Source of the DNA: Sphaerodactylus townsendi
Lineage: Eukaryota
Length of the DNA: 64,000 bases
Assembly: GCF_021028975.2 (NCBI RefSeq)
Contig: NC_059425.1
Location: 27,714,001 to 27,778,000 of the forward strand
Direction of reading: 5' to 3'
Positions 46,485 to 58,721 of this stretch are shown one piece after another; positions within the stretch are counted from its first letter, which is position 1; every line of letters begins with the position of its first letter. The translations under genes were made by a program, and so were the position numbers. A model generated the notes under the pieces. It was given only the letters and a program-made list of their open reading frames with translations. It searched no databases and was not told the DNA's origin.

Positions 46485-46627
46485 CATGGTAATGATCCGG
46501 TGAATGGCTGCAGTCGCCATATCCTCCCCTTTAGGTTTCTCCACCAACGTCATGCCCAAGTACTTGAGCGCAAACCCCATGCCCTCCAGAAGGGGCTCGC
46601 GCATGTCAGCCCAGGTCTCTGGCAGTT
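46485..46627 (-). CDS. LDLRAP1-like exon 2 (PTB start)
   Basis: QLPETWADMREPLLEGMGFALKYLGMTLVEKPKGEDMATAAIHRIITM vs ARH KLPENWTDTRETLLEGMLFSLKYLGMTLVEQPKGEELSAAAIKRIVAT; 143 nt. Confidence 0.95.
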
Positions 46628-47220
46628 CTGCAACAGAAGGTTAACCGAGGGAAGAGGGGCACAAGAAATGCCTTTTGGTACAGTGCTATACTTATTAATT
46701 TACATATTTATACCCTGCTTTCCACCCAATGGGAACCCTAAACTGCTTATGACAGAAGTCTCCAACATGACAATCTTCAACCAGAGGTGAAAATTGGGGG
46801 GCAGAGGGAACAGTATAAAACTAGAGGCGGACAGGCTCTGTACTCAGTTTGAGCCTGGTCTCACCCAGGCTTGGATTCAGCTCTAAGCTGCAGGCTGGAA
46901 GCAAACAGGCCCGTGTTGTTTGGGTGTCCGAAACTCCACATGGAGATGGGGGTGGAGCAATCCCTGCTCAGTAGTGCTCAACTGTGCCCTTATCCTGAAT
47001 GGGACAGGGGCGCAGTTGGAGGGGAGAATGCAGCACCTGAGGGGAAATTCCCGACACCGTTTTAAGTAGCTACGTCCTATGCAGAAGCCATTTTGTGGTT
47101 GCCCCTGCCTCTCTTGGCAGCCATTTTGTGGCTGCAGTGCACCCACCATATTGTGGCTGATCCTGCCGTGAACAGGGGTTAGACTAAATGGCCAGTACTG
47201 CCCTATCCAACTTTATGATT

Positions 47221-47520
47221 CTAAATAGATGTTTCTTGTAGAATAATAATTCCATAGTCATGTTGGAAGAATGGGACATCTTGATAGGTATATAGACAAC
47301 AGTTCCACCCTGCCACATTCCATGAGATGATTTCAAGGGATTTCAAATAGATGAATACATAAATTTCTGAAACTCTTGTCCATATCAGCACGGTTTCACT
47401 GTCGTGAGCATGCCATTTTTCCCACTGGGCCATCTGAGGGCATTTGGCCAGTTTTAAAAAAATCTGTAGTTACTAGAAGCATATCACTACAGCATTAGGT
47501 CACAACTACCCTTTTAAAAG
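47221..47520 (-). mobile_element. LINE AP-endonuclease N-terminal relic (L1/Tx1-like)
   Basis: LEIISWNVAG..GIIILQET motif. Confidence 0.65.
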
Positions 47521-49656
47521 CCTGCAAAAAGCCCTTGGGCAAAACTGGGCTGGGGAAGGCAAATGAAGAAGAGGAGTTTGGATTTATAACCTGCCTTTCT
47601 CTCCTGTAAGGAGACTCAAAGGGGCTTACAAGCTCCTTGCCCTTCCTCTCGCCACAACATACACTTTGTGAGCTAGTTGGGGCTGAGAGAGTTCAGACAG
47701 AACTGTGACTAGGCCAAGATCACCCGGCCGGCTTCATGTGTAGGAGCGGGGAAACAAATCTGTTTCAACAAATAACAGTCTGCCGCTTATGCAGAGAAGT
47801 AGGGAATCAAACTTGGTACTCCAGATTAGAGTCCACCTGCTCTTAACCACTACACCACACTGGCTCTCATGGTAGAAGGCCAAATAAAGTTGTTAGAACT
47901 GCCACATAGTTGCTTCATGGCCACTATAAATGTCTCTGCACTTAGAACATGAAAGAGTTCAACACAGAATCTCCACTGTGTGGATGCAGCCTTCATGTTT
48001 CATCAATATTTAAACAGAACTTCTTCCAAGTCTGTCTCTTTGGTGAAGTTTAAGTAAATTCTACCTTGTTTCCCAGGGGAAAAAAATTATTTGTTTCCAT
48101 CAGGGAACAATTAACTGCTCAGTGGTTCCTTCTCTCTGCCCCTCTTATCCTTCAGTTCTTCCTGAGAGTAAGTGTGCATGATGCTCTTTTGCTGAATGTG
48201 GGACACAAACGCCTCATGCCGCCTTCTGTATCTGTGTCAGGCTGGATTCCCTTTACCTGGGCTCCCTGCTGCCACACACATTCCATGTGAGACATAAATA
48301 TTCATGGCCCAGAATGAGGACAGCCCTGATTTCTGGGGCAGGCAATTTCCAGACTCTGAAAGGAGACTTTCAGAGAATCAGCAGCAGCCCCAACACTCAG
48401 CTCATAAAGCCTTGGGGCACAGAGTGAACAGAAGGGAGAGCCAGCCTATACAACAGCAGACCAGGGCCTTGTGGGATCTGGCTCAGTTCCTCAGGGTCTG
48501 CCTGCAAGATGGATATGTTCTGCCAGGCACATGATTGAGGACTTCTGGCAGCGCTGTTACATCCATGGGGCACTGGGGAGAGCCCCCCCCTCTATGCCCC
48601 CTCCTCACTTTTTGGAGTGTTGCTATTCTCATGAGTTTGCTCTGCTGAGCATTTAGGGCACCATCTTATTCGTATTTTATGGATTTTAATCTATTCTATT
48701 TTTTCTCTTTTAAAATGTATTTGATGTGTTGTTTCCTGCCCCGAGCCCCCTTTAGTGGAGGAGGGATGAGATATGAATTTAAAATATAAATACCTAAACA
48801 CCTAGGGGACAAATCCTGGGAATCAGTTTTCTAGCATATTAATATTAATAATGTTATGAATATAGCACTATCACAGTGCACAGTGCTTCTGTATAGCAAT
48901 TATCTCCCTTGCAATTCCACCCCTAAGCCAGTCTGTTGTTTGACTTGCCACATGTAAGATCACAAACAGAAACACAAGAAGATCCCCTTCAGCAATCATC
49001 TACTCCTTTCCGGCACTCTGTTTTATCTCTGTTCCCCTGAGAAACCCTACCTGTAGACTGAGGAAGCTGCCTTCTGCCTATTCAGGTGATGGGGCAGCTA
49101 TCCCCCAGTGGGCGACCCAATATTCCCAGTTCCATTGGGTCTGCCTTCCTGGAGTCCACGTTAAAGGGGAGGGGGGAGAATGAAAGAAGGATACAGGTGT
49201 GGACATAGGAACACCCATCAGGTTGAATACCTGGCTAGGGTGATGCCTCTCTTGGCAAGGCTCCCGCCCGTCAGGCACCCATCGGCTCACCCCCTTCTCC
49301 AACATGTCCAAGAGGTTGAAGTCGGAAGGGGGGTTCAACAGGTACCCAACCGGCAGGTCTGATTGGAGGAGGTCATCTCAGCAGAGCCCAGTCTGAACAG
49401 CCCCCCTCCCCGAGTAGCTGAGCAACAAAGAGAAGGAGGAGGAGAAGGGACTCGGCGGAGCGACCCCCTTCATGCAGCCCCATGCACATTCCCTAGGCAG
49501 AGACCCGTGGGGCGCGCTCCGGAGGATGCTGCTGGCTCAGCATCCCGTTTCCCAACAACCGTTCCAGCATCCCATGATCACCAGCCTCCCTCCGGACGGG
49601 AACTGTGGATCCGGGGAAAGAGCGGATCGGCTCTGCTCCCACCCGTATTAACTCAC

Positions 49657-49753
49657 GCTGCCGGTGCCGGCGAAGGCGGGAGACGCCCAGGCGATGCCGA
49701 GCCAGGCTGGGGCTCCTGAGCACAGCCCGTCCCGCAGCCCGCAGCGCCTCCAT
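49657..49753 (-). CDS. LDLRAP1-like (low density lipoprotein receptor adapter protein 1-like) exon 1, start codon
   Basis: MEALRAAGRAVLRSPSLARHRLGVSRLRRHRQ vs ARH MDALKSAGRALIRSPSLAKQSWGGGGRHR; donor gtgagt, phase 1. Confidence 0.93.
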
Positions 49754-50034
49754 CGGGGAAACCAAGGGAAGAGAGGGACCAGACGGTTGGGCGGAGCCTC
49801 GACTGAGCGGGCGGGGCTTGCCCAGGAAGGGCGGGGCTTTGCCTGGCTCCGTCGCCAACTCTCCTCCTCAGCTTCGAGCGCTACGACTGCGCATGGCCGT
49901 CTAACCAAGCTCCTAGTCCCGCCCCTCCTTCCGCGCGTCGCCGTCGCTGTCCTCAGCGGCGGCCTGTTCCCGGTGGCTGTTGCCTAGGTAACGGGCGCGG
50001 ACGCGACGCGGACCTCGAGCGCCTTGATCGGGCC
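49754..50034. promoter_or_regulatory. Bidirectional CpG-island promoter (LDLRAP1-like / IFT172)
   Basis: 281 bp between divergent ATGs; CpG-rich; GC boxes near 49789, 49809, 49828; TGCGCATG near 49889. Confidence 0.85.
49979..49992. promoter_or_regulatory. RFX X-box
   Basis: GTTGCCTAGGTAAC fits the palindromic X-box consensus, 42 bp before the ATG of a core ciliary gene. Confidence 0.8.
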
Positions 50035-50073
50035 ATGCCTCTGAGGCACGTCCGGACTCTGCTCACCCCGCAG
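50035..50073 (+). CDS. IFT172: Intraflagellar transport protein 172, exon 1
   Basis: gccATG; MPLRHVRTLLTPQ vs human MHLKHLRTLLSPQ; donor gtgaga. Confidence 0.93.
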
Positions 50074-50119
50074 GTGAGAACCGGCGAGCCGGGAAATGCT
50101 GTTCACACGAGCTATAGGT

Positions 50120-50526
50120 CAGGGATGGCGAACCTTTTCGAGACCGAGTGCCCAAACTGCAACCCAAAACCCACTTATTTATCGCCAAGTGCCAACACTG
50201 CAATTTAACTTGAATACTGAGGTTTTGGTTTAGAAAAACGGTTGGCTCAGAGGCGCACGTTACTCGGGAGTAAGCTTGGTGAAGCAACCATGCAACGCTT
50301 CGAATGGGTGAATCACGATCCTAGGAGTGTTTACTCAGAAGAAACCCCATTGCCAGCAACCGAGCTTACTCCCAGGTAAGGATCGTGCCCAGGCCAGCCT
50401 AGATGTGTGTGTGGGGGGGTGGGGGTGATTTTCCGCCCCCCCCCCCATGAACTGTGTGCACGTGTGCCCACAGAAAGGGGTCTGAGTGCCACCTCTGGCA
50501 CCCGTGCCATAGGTTCACCACCGCTG
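50120..50526. mobile_element. Non-autonomous hAT transposon in IFT172 intron 1
   Basis: cagggatggcgaacct..aggttcaccaccgctg; TSD ctataggt/ctataggg. Confidence 0.85.
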
Positions 50527-51218
50527 CTATAGGGGGTCAAACCGAAGTAGAAGCGGAGTTACAATGGGGTTGCACGTGTGAGGAATAGGCTGTCTGTGCA
50601 GTCTCTTCTGAGTGGGGCAACAACATGAATTGGAACGGCTTGGAAACGAAGACAGACCAGTTTTTCAGGAGACCGGTGGTATCTTAACCACTACCAACAT
50701 CTGCCATGAGATTTCGTGAGCCACAACTCGCTTCTGTGGGTGCTGTATGGGAGGAACTAATTTTGCAGACTTTTATAAGGAAAATTACAGAAGAACCATC
50801 CCTTCTGTAAGAGTCACACACCAAAGAAGAAGTTAGAATAGGGTTGGATAGAGAAGGGCTAAATTTGAATCCTGTCATAAATCTTCCAGGTGTGATTCTT
50901 TGTATAAGGATCTGAAATGGATTAGGTTGCTACGTGTAATGGGTAGTGAAGTCAGAGATTCCAGCCTCCCTGTCATGACATACAAACAAACATAACTTGA
51001 AGTTGAAAGGGTGTCCCAGGTTTCTCCGAGAAACCATTAAGCAACTGCCTGCAATACAAACATCAAAAATGAATGTGATAATCCATAATCTCAGCCAGTT
51101 AACTTAATCCTCGGATGTGCTGCTGTCCAACCCATGTTTGAAGAAGCTGGGGTTTCTGATGGGCCGCAGTAGGCCCATGCCCCTAAACTGTGTGATCATT
51201 ATCCTACTTTTTTTGCAG

Positions 51219-51362
51219 GAGGGGGCAGCCAAAGTAACATGCATGGCCTGGGCCCCAAACAATTCAAAATTTGCTGTCTGCACTGTGGACAAAGTGGTTC
51301 TGCTATATGATGAACATGGCGAACGGAGGGACAAGTTCTCCACGAAACCTGCAGATCCAAAG
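51219..51362 (+). CDS. IFT172: IFT172 exon 2
   Basis: [48 protein letters not shown]; ag/gt, 144 nt. Confidence 0.97.
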
Positions 51363-51866
51363 GTAGACCCCAGTTGCTTCCTGAACTCTAGGGAGTGGGT
51401 TGTTCCCTTCCTATTTGGCCTCACAAAGAAAGTAGTCGTGAGTCAAGAGTGCATCACAACTGTCCCGCTTGAGAGTTGACTGGCATCTCCCAGTACTGAA
51501 TTTTGTGCCAGATATCAAACTTTGCACTTTTGGCTGCGTACACATAAACTAATAGTAATAACTACAACCAGGATGTGTATACTGCCATATAATAATGGAA
51601 AGGGGCTAATCGTTTTATCGTTATTAGGGGAATATGAGTGAAGGAGAATCTTGCTCTGTTGTACTTGAGAAGGCTTCACCTTTCAAGGGCAGACCATGGT
51701 CAAGGATCCACAAACTTTGGCAGACTATGGCAATTTCTGCCTGTTTCTGGGCTGGAATATGTCTTACCATTGACTCTGCCTCCACAAGAGTGGAGGGATT
51801 GCCTGCCATTATCCTGAGTTTTGGAGCTGGCTTTCCTGCCTTTATCTTCACTTTCTTTCTTTCCAG

Positions 51867-51979
51867 TATGGCAGGAAAAGCTATGTGGTGAAAGGCATGG
51901 CATTTTCCCCAGATTCCACCAGTATTGCTATTGGGCAAACCGATAACATCATCTTTGTCTACAAGATTGGAGAGGAATG
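51867..51979 (+). CDS. IFT172: IFT172 exon 3
   Basis: [37 protein letters not shown](W); 113 nt. Confidence 0.96.
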
Positions 51980-52416
51980 GTAAGGGCCTTTATATGGGGA
52001 GGGTGGGCCATTGCAGGAGCAAGCACCAGGCTGAGTTCCTACGATAGGCCCCTGCTGATTGGGTTGCTGCTGTGTCTCCACTCCAGATCTAACTCTGGTT
52101 GAAAGGCATGTAGACTTGGTCTTCATTCCTGTCTCTTTCAAATCTCCTGAGAGATCATGTGGTTCATTCTGCTTTTTCAGATTGCTAATGGGTTAAACAT
52201 GCCCAGTCACAGATCTCCCACATCTCAGCTAATTTTCAGCTTTGGGGTGTAGTCAGGCCCTGTAGATACACAAAAGTGATGCCTTTCCATGGGCAAGGAC
52301 AAGCTGAACTCAATCAGCATTGTTTCCTCTAGTGGGAATCCCTGGGTACCCCTGTATCCCCATAGAACCTTTCCTGGTGACCTATGGCAACAATACTCTT
52401 TTTCCCTGTTGTGCAG

Positions 52417-52456
52417 GGGTGATAAGAAGGTGATCTGCAACAAGTTCATTCAGACG
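52417..52456 (+). CDS. IFT172: IFT172 exon 4
   Basis: GDKKVICNKFIQT; cag|..|gtaag, 40 nt. Confidence 0.95.
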
Positions 52457-53085
52457 GTAAGACCTAGTCCTGTTAGAACTGGTAGCTTTTGCTGTGATGT
52501 CTGGGTCTCTTTAGAGCAGGGGTTTTCATCATGGCGTTTGGGGCACCACAATCTTTCTCGGCACCTACCAAGTGTTTTTAGAAAGTGGATGGGGTCAGGT
52601 GAAGTCCTGCCCAGTGGAGCTTCTGATTGCCCATTTGAGAGCTTATTGGCGGTATAGATTACACTATTTCAATGATAGCTGCAACCTCAGTTTCACTTCA
52701 GTTTTTCTTTCTCTGACACCTCTATCTCAGTGTATCTTCAAAATTTGCTCCTCTTATCTGCTGCACTTTAACTTCCTTTGTGTGTGTGTGTGGTTGGTTC
52801 TGCCCCTCACATGGCCACTTTGTGGCTGTGCCCACAACCCTGTGTCAGAATGGTCTAGGGCCTTCATGACTGCCTGTCCCGTTATGTCCCCCTAAGAAGC
52901 CCATGTTCCAGTGTGGAAAACCTCCTGGGTCCCTAGCCAAAAGTCAGTCCATCTATCTTGAACTAGGGCCAGGGACTTCTTGGCTGTGGACCCTGCCTGC
53001 TAGAGTGCTCTGCCTGAGGAGACCAGAGCCCCGTGAGATATCTCCAATTCCTCATAGTTTGTAAAGCAAAGTTGTTCTGCTAGTT

Positions 53086-53259
53086 GGTTGTGGTGGGTTT
53101 TCCGGGCTGTGTGGCCGTGGTCTAGTAGATCTTGTTCCTAACGTTTCGCCTGCATCTTCAGAGGTGTATCACAGAGGGAAGTCTGTTACACACGGCCACA
53201 CAGCCCGGAAAACCCACCACAAACAGTTGAATCTGGCTGTGAAAGCCTTCGACAATACA
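53086..53259. mobile_element. Penelope-like element remnant (internally deleted)
   Basis: Inverted arms ggttttccgggctgtgtggccg / cggccacacagcccggaaaacc; tail gaaagccttcgacaataca. Confidence 0.7.
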
Positions 53260-53924
53260 TTGTTCTACCAGACTTACAGTTGAGGGCAGCAATGGTTTAT
53301 ATTCCCTCTTTATTTGTAATCCGGGACTGATTGGAGTTTTAAATTATATTTTATCATACTTGTAAAATTGTATGTTATTGTATTTACAGTGTTTTAAAAT
53401 GGTTCTTATAGTATTTATTGTTTTAAATTAATTGTTATTAGCCACTCTGAGCCCACTTTGTGGTGGGAAGGTGAGATATAAATTGAAATGAATAAAACAA
53501 GCAAATAAATGAATTCAAAAGTTGCCACAGACTCAAAAGTTTGTAGATCTCTGCTTTAGAGCCTAGTTTTCTGCTGCCTCCTCTCCATGTTTCTCTATAA
53601 ATGAGATTCAGCATTCTGGCAGTGGGCTGATGGCCATCTGGTTTATTTAATCTTCCCAAGAACATTGTTTGAGGGGAGGGAAGGGGAGCATCAGCACTGG
53701 GCAAAGCAAAGTCGCAGTGAGCTGGGCAGAATAACTCAACTCGAATCTCATGTCCTTTGGAGGGAATGTGGGAATAAGGGTGAAAACCAGACTCCAGTTC
53801 TTAGAGAGGACAGTAATTTTTGAGCCCCATCAAAAAACAAGCTACATCGTCATCTACCTCATGTCAGATCAAGCAATGCTTCTCTGATGTTTCTGCTGAT
53901 TATTCTTATTCTGTTCGCCAACAG

Positions 53925-53990
53925 AGTGCTGTGACTTGTTTGCTGTGGCCAGAGGAGAACACCATAGTCTTTGGGCTCGTTGAGGGCAAG
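53925..53990 (+). CDS. IFT172: IFT172 exon 5
   Basis: SAVTCLLWPEENTIVFGLVEGK; 66 nt. Confidence 0.95.
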
Positions 53991-54176
53991 GTAGGAAAAA
54001 TGCTGTCCGCTTCTGGTGCTGAGTTGAGTGCTGGGATCAAGCACTGTCAGATGCTTACACCACGTGGTCTGTCTCAGCTGGCTGGTGCCCTCAAGACTCC
54101 CCCCAGCTTGATGTGACCAGAAGTGCCTTCTTGCCAACACAGGGTGATGAGTTGATCAGATTTTTCTCTCCCGAAG

Positions 54177-54256
54177 GTTCGTCTAGCAAACACCAAATCC
54201 AGCAAGTCATCCACGATTTATGGGACAGACTCCTATGTGGTATCATTAACCTCCAA
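54177..54256 (+). CDS. IFT172: IFT172 exon 6
   Basis: [26 protein letters not shown](N); 80 nt. Confidence 0.95.
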
Positions 54257-54503
54257 GTGAGTGTGCTACAGCGGGAAGAGAGAATCTCACTTCACTACCA
54301 TCTCTTTGCCCTCCCCAGGAATGGCAAGCTCTATTTTTTCACCTACTGACTTCATATCAGTGGAATGACCTTAACATGCCTTTTTGTTGTATCTCATTCA
54401 TTCTGTTACTCTGCTCTGTTACTACTACTTCTTCCTGCATTCTTGTCCTCCATCAACCCATCCCAGCTAGAAGGCTGTGAATATGAGGCCTCTCTGCTGA
54501 TAA

Positions 54504-54632
<129 letters not shown>

Positions 54633-54637
54633 TAAGC

Positions 54638-54747
54638 CAGTGGTGGTGAACCTATGGCACTCCAGATGTCCAATTGGCCATGCTGGCAGGGGCTGTTGGG
54701 AATTGTAGTCCATGAACATCTGGAGTGCCATAAGTTTGCCACCACGG
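54638..54747. mobile_element. hAT MITE, left arm partly deleted
   Basis: cagtggtggtgaacctatggcactcc; perfect TSD gtctaagc. Confidence 0.85.
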
Positions 54748-56196
54748 GTCTAAGCAGCCTCTTTCTCCAGTCCAGTCAGAGCCACAAAGTAGCTGGGTGG
54801 TTTGTTTGGTTTTTTACATTCTGGTTGTTTCCATAGGGAAATATTGGCATGTTTGCTTCCATTCCCAGGAGTCATAATTTCCCGTGCTAAGTGGAGTTTC
54901 TGGGAAACAGTGATTGTTTCTTCAGCAAGCACATCAGCTGCATGTGGGGTACAGGCTTTAGAAGAGCACCATTTATATGAAGCCTGTGAGGTCACTGGTC
55001 TGAGTGACAGAGTCCCTCACGTTCCCTACGTGCTTCATCTTGTGCCTCGCAAGGTGGGGGGGGGTGTGTGGAGTAATATTTTTCCATTAGCATGCTTTTA
55101 AATTCTGCAGAGGTGGAGTATTTCTCTATCGTAAAAGTCAGGTAGCTCTTTAAATAAAACTGGTTGTGGGGATACTCTCCCCTTCACCAGTACTGAGTTG
55201 TATTATGCTTTTTTCATTTCTCTCCCACAAATCCCCCCCACCCCACACAACCTCTGGAGGCAGTGTGCTTCCTCACTGTCCTGTAAGATGACACTTTCTA
55301 AAAAAGGATGTCATACAAGATGTTTGTGCAGCTAGAAATGTCTCACACAAACCCATCAAAAAGTTGTAAGTCTGTTTCTTCTGCAGCTTTCTCACTGGAT
55401 GGCTAGCTAATGATCTCAAGCGTATGGCTTCAGTCCTACAGAACAAAGCATTTTTCCACTGCAGTCAGGGTGGGAAGGAAAGTATGGTCCTCAGCAAGTT
55501 TGCAGAACTGTTTATTACAGAGGAGGCAGTTAATGCTAAGGTTATGGGCCCAGAGGGCAAACAACCTGTAAGGGAACTGGGTAATGAGTAAGAATATGAA
55601 TATTTTTTTCTTCTAAGCTTTTTTGGTTAGTAGCATTACCCACAACAGTTTAGCCACAAGAAGCCCCAATGGAAATCAGACCATGGATATTTCCCAGGGG
55701 AGATGAGCCCTCATACTGCTAACACCTCCTGATTTGTCTGGTTTTAAAGTGGCAGCTCTGTCCCAGATAATTGTCCTGTGGTTACACAGAATACTATTTG
55801 GAAGGGGAATAATCTTGTTTGAAATTCTTATCAATGCCAACGGCTGGGAAAAGTTGGGGGGATAATCACTGTCTGAAACAATGCATTTACAGTGTCCTGT
55901 TGCATCTTTCCTGGCACCGATCCCATTCATTTGCAGTATGAGATCAGGGTACACGATAGAAAGGGAACCTTTGATCTGCCATTTGGGAGCAGGGTCCAGC
56001 TGTGACCCTTGACTGAGCCTTGCAGTTGTAAAATAGTCTCAGCTTAATGTTGCTGTTGCCCAAAACAAAATGATACAACAGCCTGCAGCGTCTGTGGAGC
56101 AAATGCTCATTTGGAGAAATACTGGGCACAATCTTAGCTGGCTGCTGTATGGCTTGGTCCCTGCCTCCTGCCCCACTGTCCCTGCTTTATCCACAG

Positions 56197-56411
56197 GGCA
56201 AATTGGTGATGCATCCCTGTCCCCCTTATGCCTTGGCATGGGCATCTAACAGTATTGTGGCTGCTGGCTGTGACAAGAAGATTGTGGCCTACGGGAAGGA
56301 GGGGCATGTGATCCAAACCTTTGACTACAGCCGAGACTCTTCAGAGAAAGAGTTCATGGTAGCAGCTGCCAACCCTGGGGGACAATCTGTGGTAATCGGC
56401 AGCTTTGACAG
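56197..56411 (+). CDS. IFT172: IFT172 exon 8
   Basis: [43 protein letters not shown](R); 215 nt. Confidence 0.96.
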
Positions 56412-56501
56412 GTGTGTTTTGGGGGGGAGGTACTGTTCCACAGGGCAACCCTGCTCCCTGTTTTCCCGCTTGGTTATTCAGTCCTCCATCTGTTCCTGCA
56501 G

Positions 56502-56625
56502 GCTTAGGGTTCTGAACTGGAGTCCCCGTCGGAGTGCCTGGGAAGAAGCCAAACCCAAAGAGATCCCTCACCTGTACACGATCACAGCCCTGGCGTGGAA
56601 GCGGGATGGCTCACGGCTCTGCGCG
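56502..56625 (+). CDS. IFT172: IFT172 exon 9
   Basis: [41 protein letters not shown]; 124 nt. Confidence 0.96.
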
Positions 56626-56790
56626 GTGTGTATAACACTTGCGTGGCAGCCTTTTGTGGCTTGATTGTGCCTGATTTTTGTGGCGGCCCCCGTGAGTCCT
56701 TCCATACCAGATAGGTGGCCAAAGAGCAGGCTTGGCAGGTTTGAAGGCTGGCCAGGGGCTGCAGAAGAGGTAGGAGGTCTTGTTTGATGA

Positions 56791-56976
<186 letters not shown>

Positions 56977-57293
56977 TAAAACCATTTATTAAAACATTAG
57001 AAAAGACAGCACCATGCAATGAACCTAAGAAATTAGCAGCAGAATAAAATGTCTGCGGATGGAAGGGATGTTCCTGTAGAATGAAAAATCATAGAGCTGG
57101 AAGGGACCATACAGGCCATCTAGTTCAACCTTCTGCTCAATGCAGGATCCCTGACAGGTGTGTGTCCAGCTGCTGCTTGAAGACTGCAAGTGAAGGGGAG
57201 CTCATAACCTCCCTATATTGGCAAGTAACAGCAGTGTATAGGCAGATACAGAACAGCAACGATGCATTTTCCTCCATCTCCCTCTCCCCACAG

Positions 57294-57455
57294 GTCATTG
57301 TGAAGAATCTGTCCACAGGGACGCGAGTGGTGTTGAAATCCCACTATGGCTATGAAATCGATGAGGTGAAAATCTTGGGGAAGGACCGCTACCTTGTAGC
57401 CCACACCTCAGACACCCTGCTTCTGGGAGACCTCGGTTCCATCAAGCTTAGCGAG
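57294..57455 (+). CDS. IFT172: IFT172 exon 11 (gene continues beyond right edge)
   Basis: [54 protein letters not shown]; 162 nt. Confidence 0.96.
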
Positions 57456-58721
57456 GTACTGCACGATGCCTGTGGGAACCTGGGGAGCTCAGCTTGGCAA
57501 TTCAGTGTTCAAAGGCAAAAGGGGGTGCAATTGGCTCAAGTGGCACCTGGATTGCCTAGCAGTGCTTGGGTGTCCTGAGGCTCAAATCAGTGGAGACAAT
57601 TTGACCAGACCAGAGTAACTGAGCCAAGATAATTGACCTTCAGCAAGCAAAGCTCTGTGCAGAAGCTCTTTGCATGGTGTGTTCTTCTGATGTTGTTTTT
57701 CCTTTCACACTCTCCTGGGGGCACCTCTCTGTTCCCAGTCATTTCCCACTGAACTGTTGCAGCAGATGTAGGCTTTTTTTAGCGGCACTTCAGTGCCTCC
57801 AGGTCCATTAATTCTGGTTCTGTTCTTCTTCAGGCTGTTTCCTCAGCCTCCATGTTCTGATTGGCTAACGTCCTTGTTCATGCTATGCCCTCTGGCTTTC
57901 AGAAGGGGAGCATGCATCTCTCTTTGTCTCTCAGCCCATCCCAGATTTGTGTTGCTTAGATCAGTTTTTGCTACTTCTGTATGAGAACAATTTCTGATTC
58001 CAGAAACAAAGAGATCGGGTTGTTCTGGGCACAGCTTTGCAGGGGCCACACATGTAGGCCGCAAAAGTCATAGGAAGTGTCTGTGTTCCTCTGCTGTGAC
58101 TCTAATGGGATGTTTTACTCCTGCATCCAGTTCAAGAATCTGAACAGTTCTGTTTAAAACCTCTACCAGCAAATATCCTAAGAATTTATGTATTAAAGGC
58201 CACTGATCAACCTTTAAATCAGATCATACAAACAAAATAATTGTGAGTTCTGTTCTTTGAACATAAAACAGCAAACCAGGCTGAAAACCCTTCAGAGAGT
58301 TTATCTGTTTAAGAAAAAAGAAATAATTATCTTTATTAGGCAAGATATTAGAAAACACAAGCACGTGAAAACTAACCCTTATAGCTATTGTAAAAACAAG
58401 TGCTAAGCTTATGAAAGTTCCTGACGCTTCTTAATTATATCATAGTAAGTAATATTTTGAAGCAAACCAGGTTTCAGATTACTGTATTAACATTGCTTAT
58501 AGGGATTTTTGTATAATCCCAAATCACACACACAGGCTGAGAAATCTTAACTAATCTTCTTATGGGACTTCCACCCACAGAAATAGGATTATGGCAAAGC
58601 ATTTTTACAGAAAAATATCCATCTTATCGTGCTCTAAATCTCTTCTGTTTTAATCATGTGATTATTATCTAGATAACTGATTCGTTCTTAGCAGGTGCAT
58701 ATATGCATTCATCCGATATGT

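Noticed and set aside
18781-47868. tRNA-like and 5S-like sequences as RNA genes
   Set aside because: They are decayed heads of multi-copy SINEs with LINE-derived tails, not complete cloverleaf or 5S genes.
49078-49338. NLLDML peptide resembling the ARH clathrin box
   Set aside because: Lies in intron 1, upstream of the PTB exons, so it cannot supply the C-terminal motif; no convincing exon boundaries; likely chance.
58240-58720. AT-rich stretch next to the CR1 tail as a possible LTR fragment
   Set aside because: Only one plausible terminus and no TSD visible in the window; not supportable.
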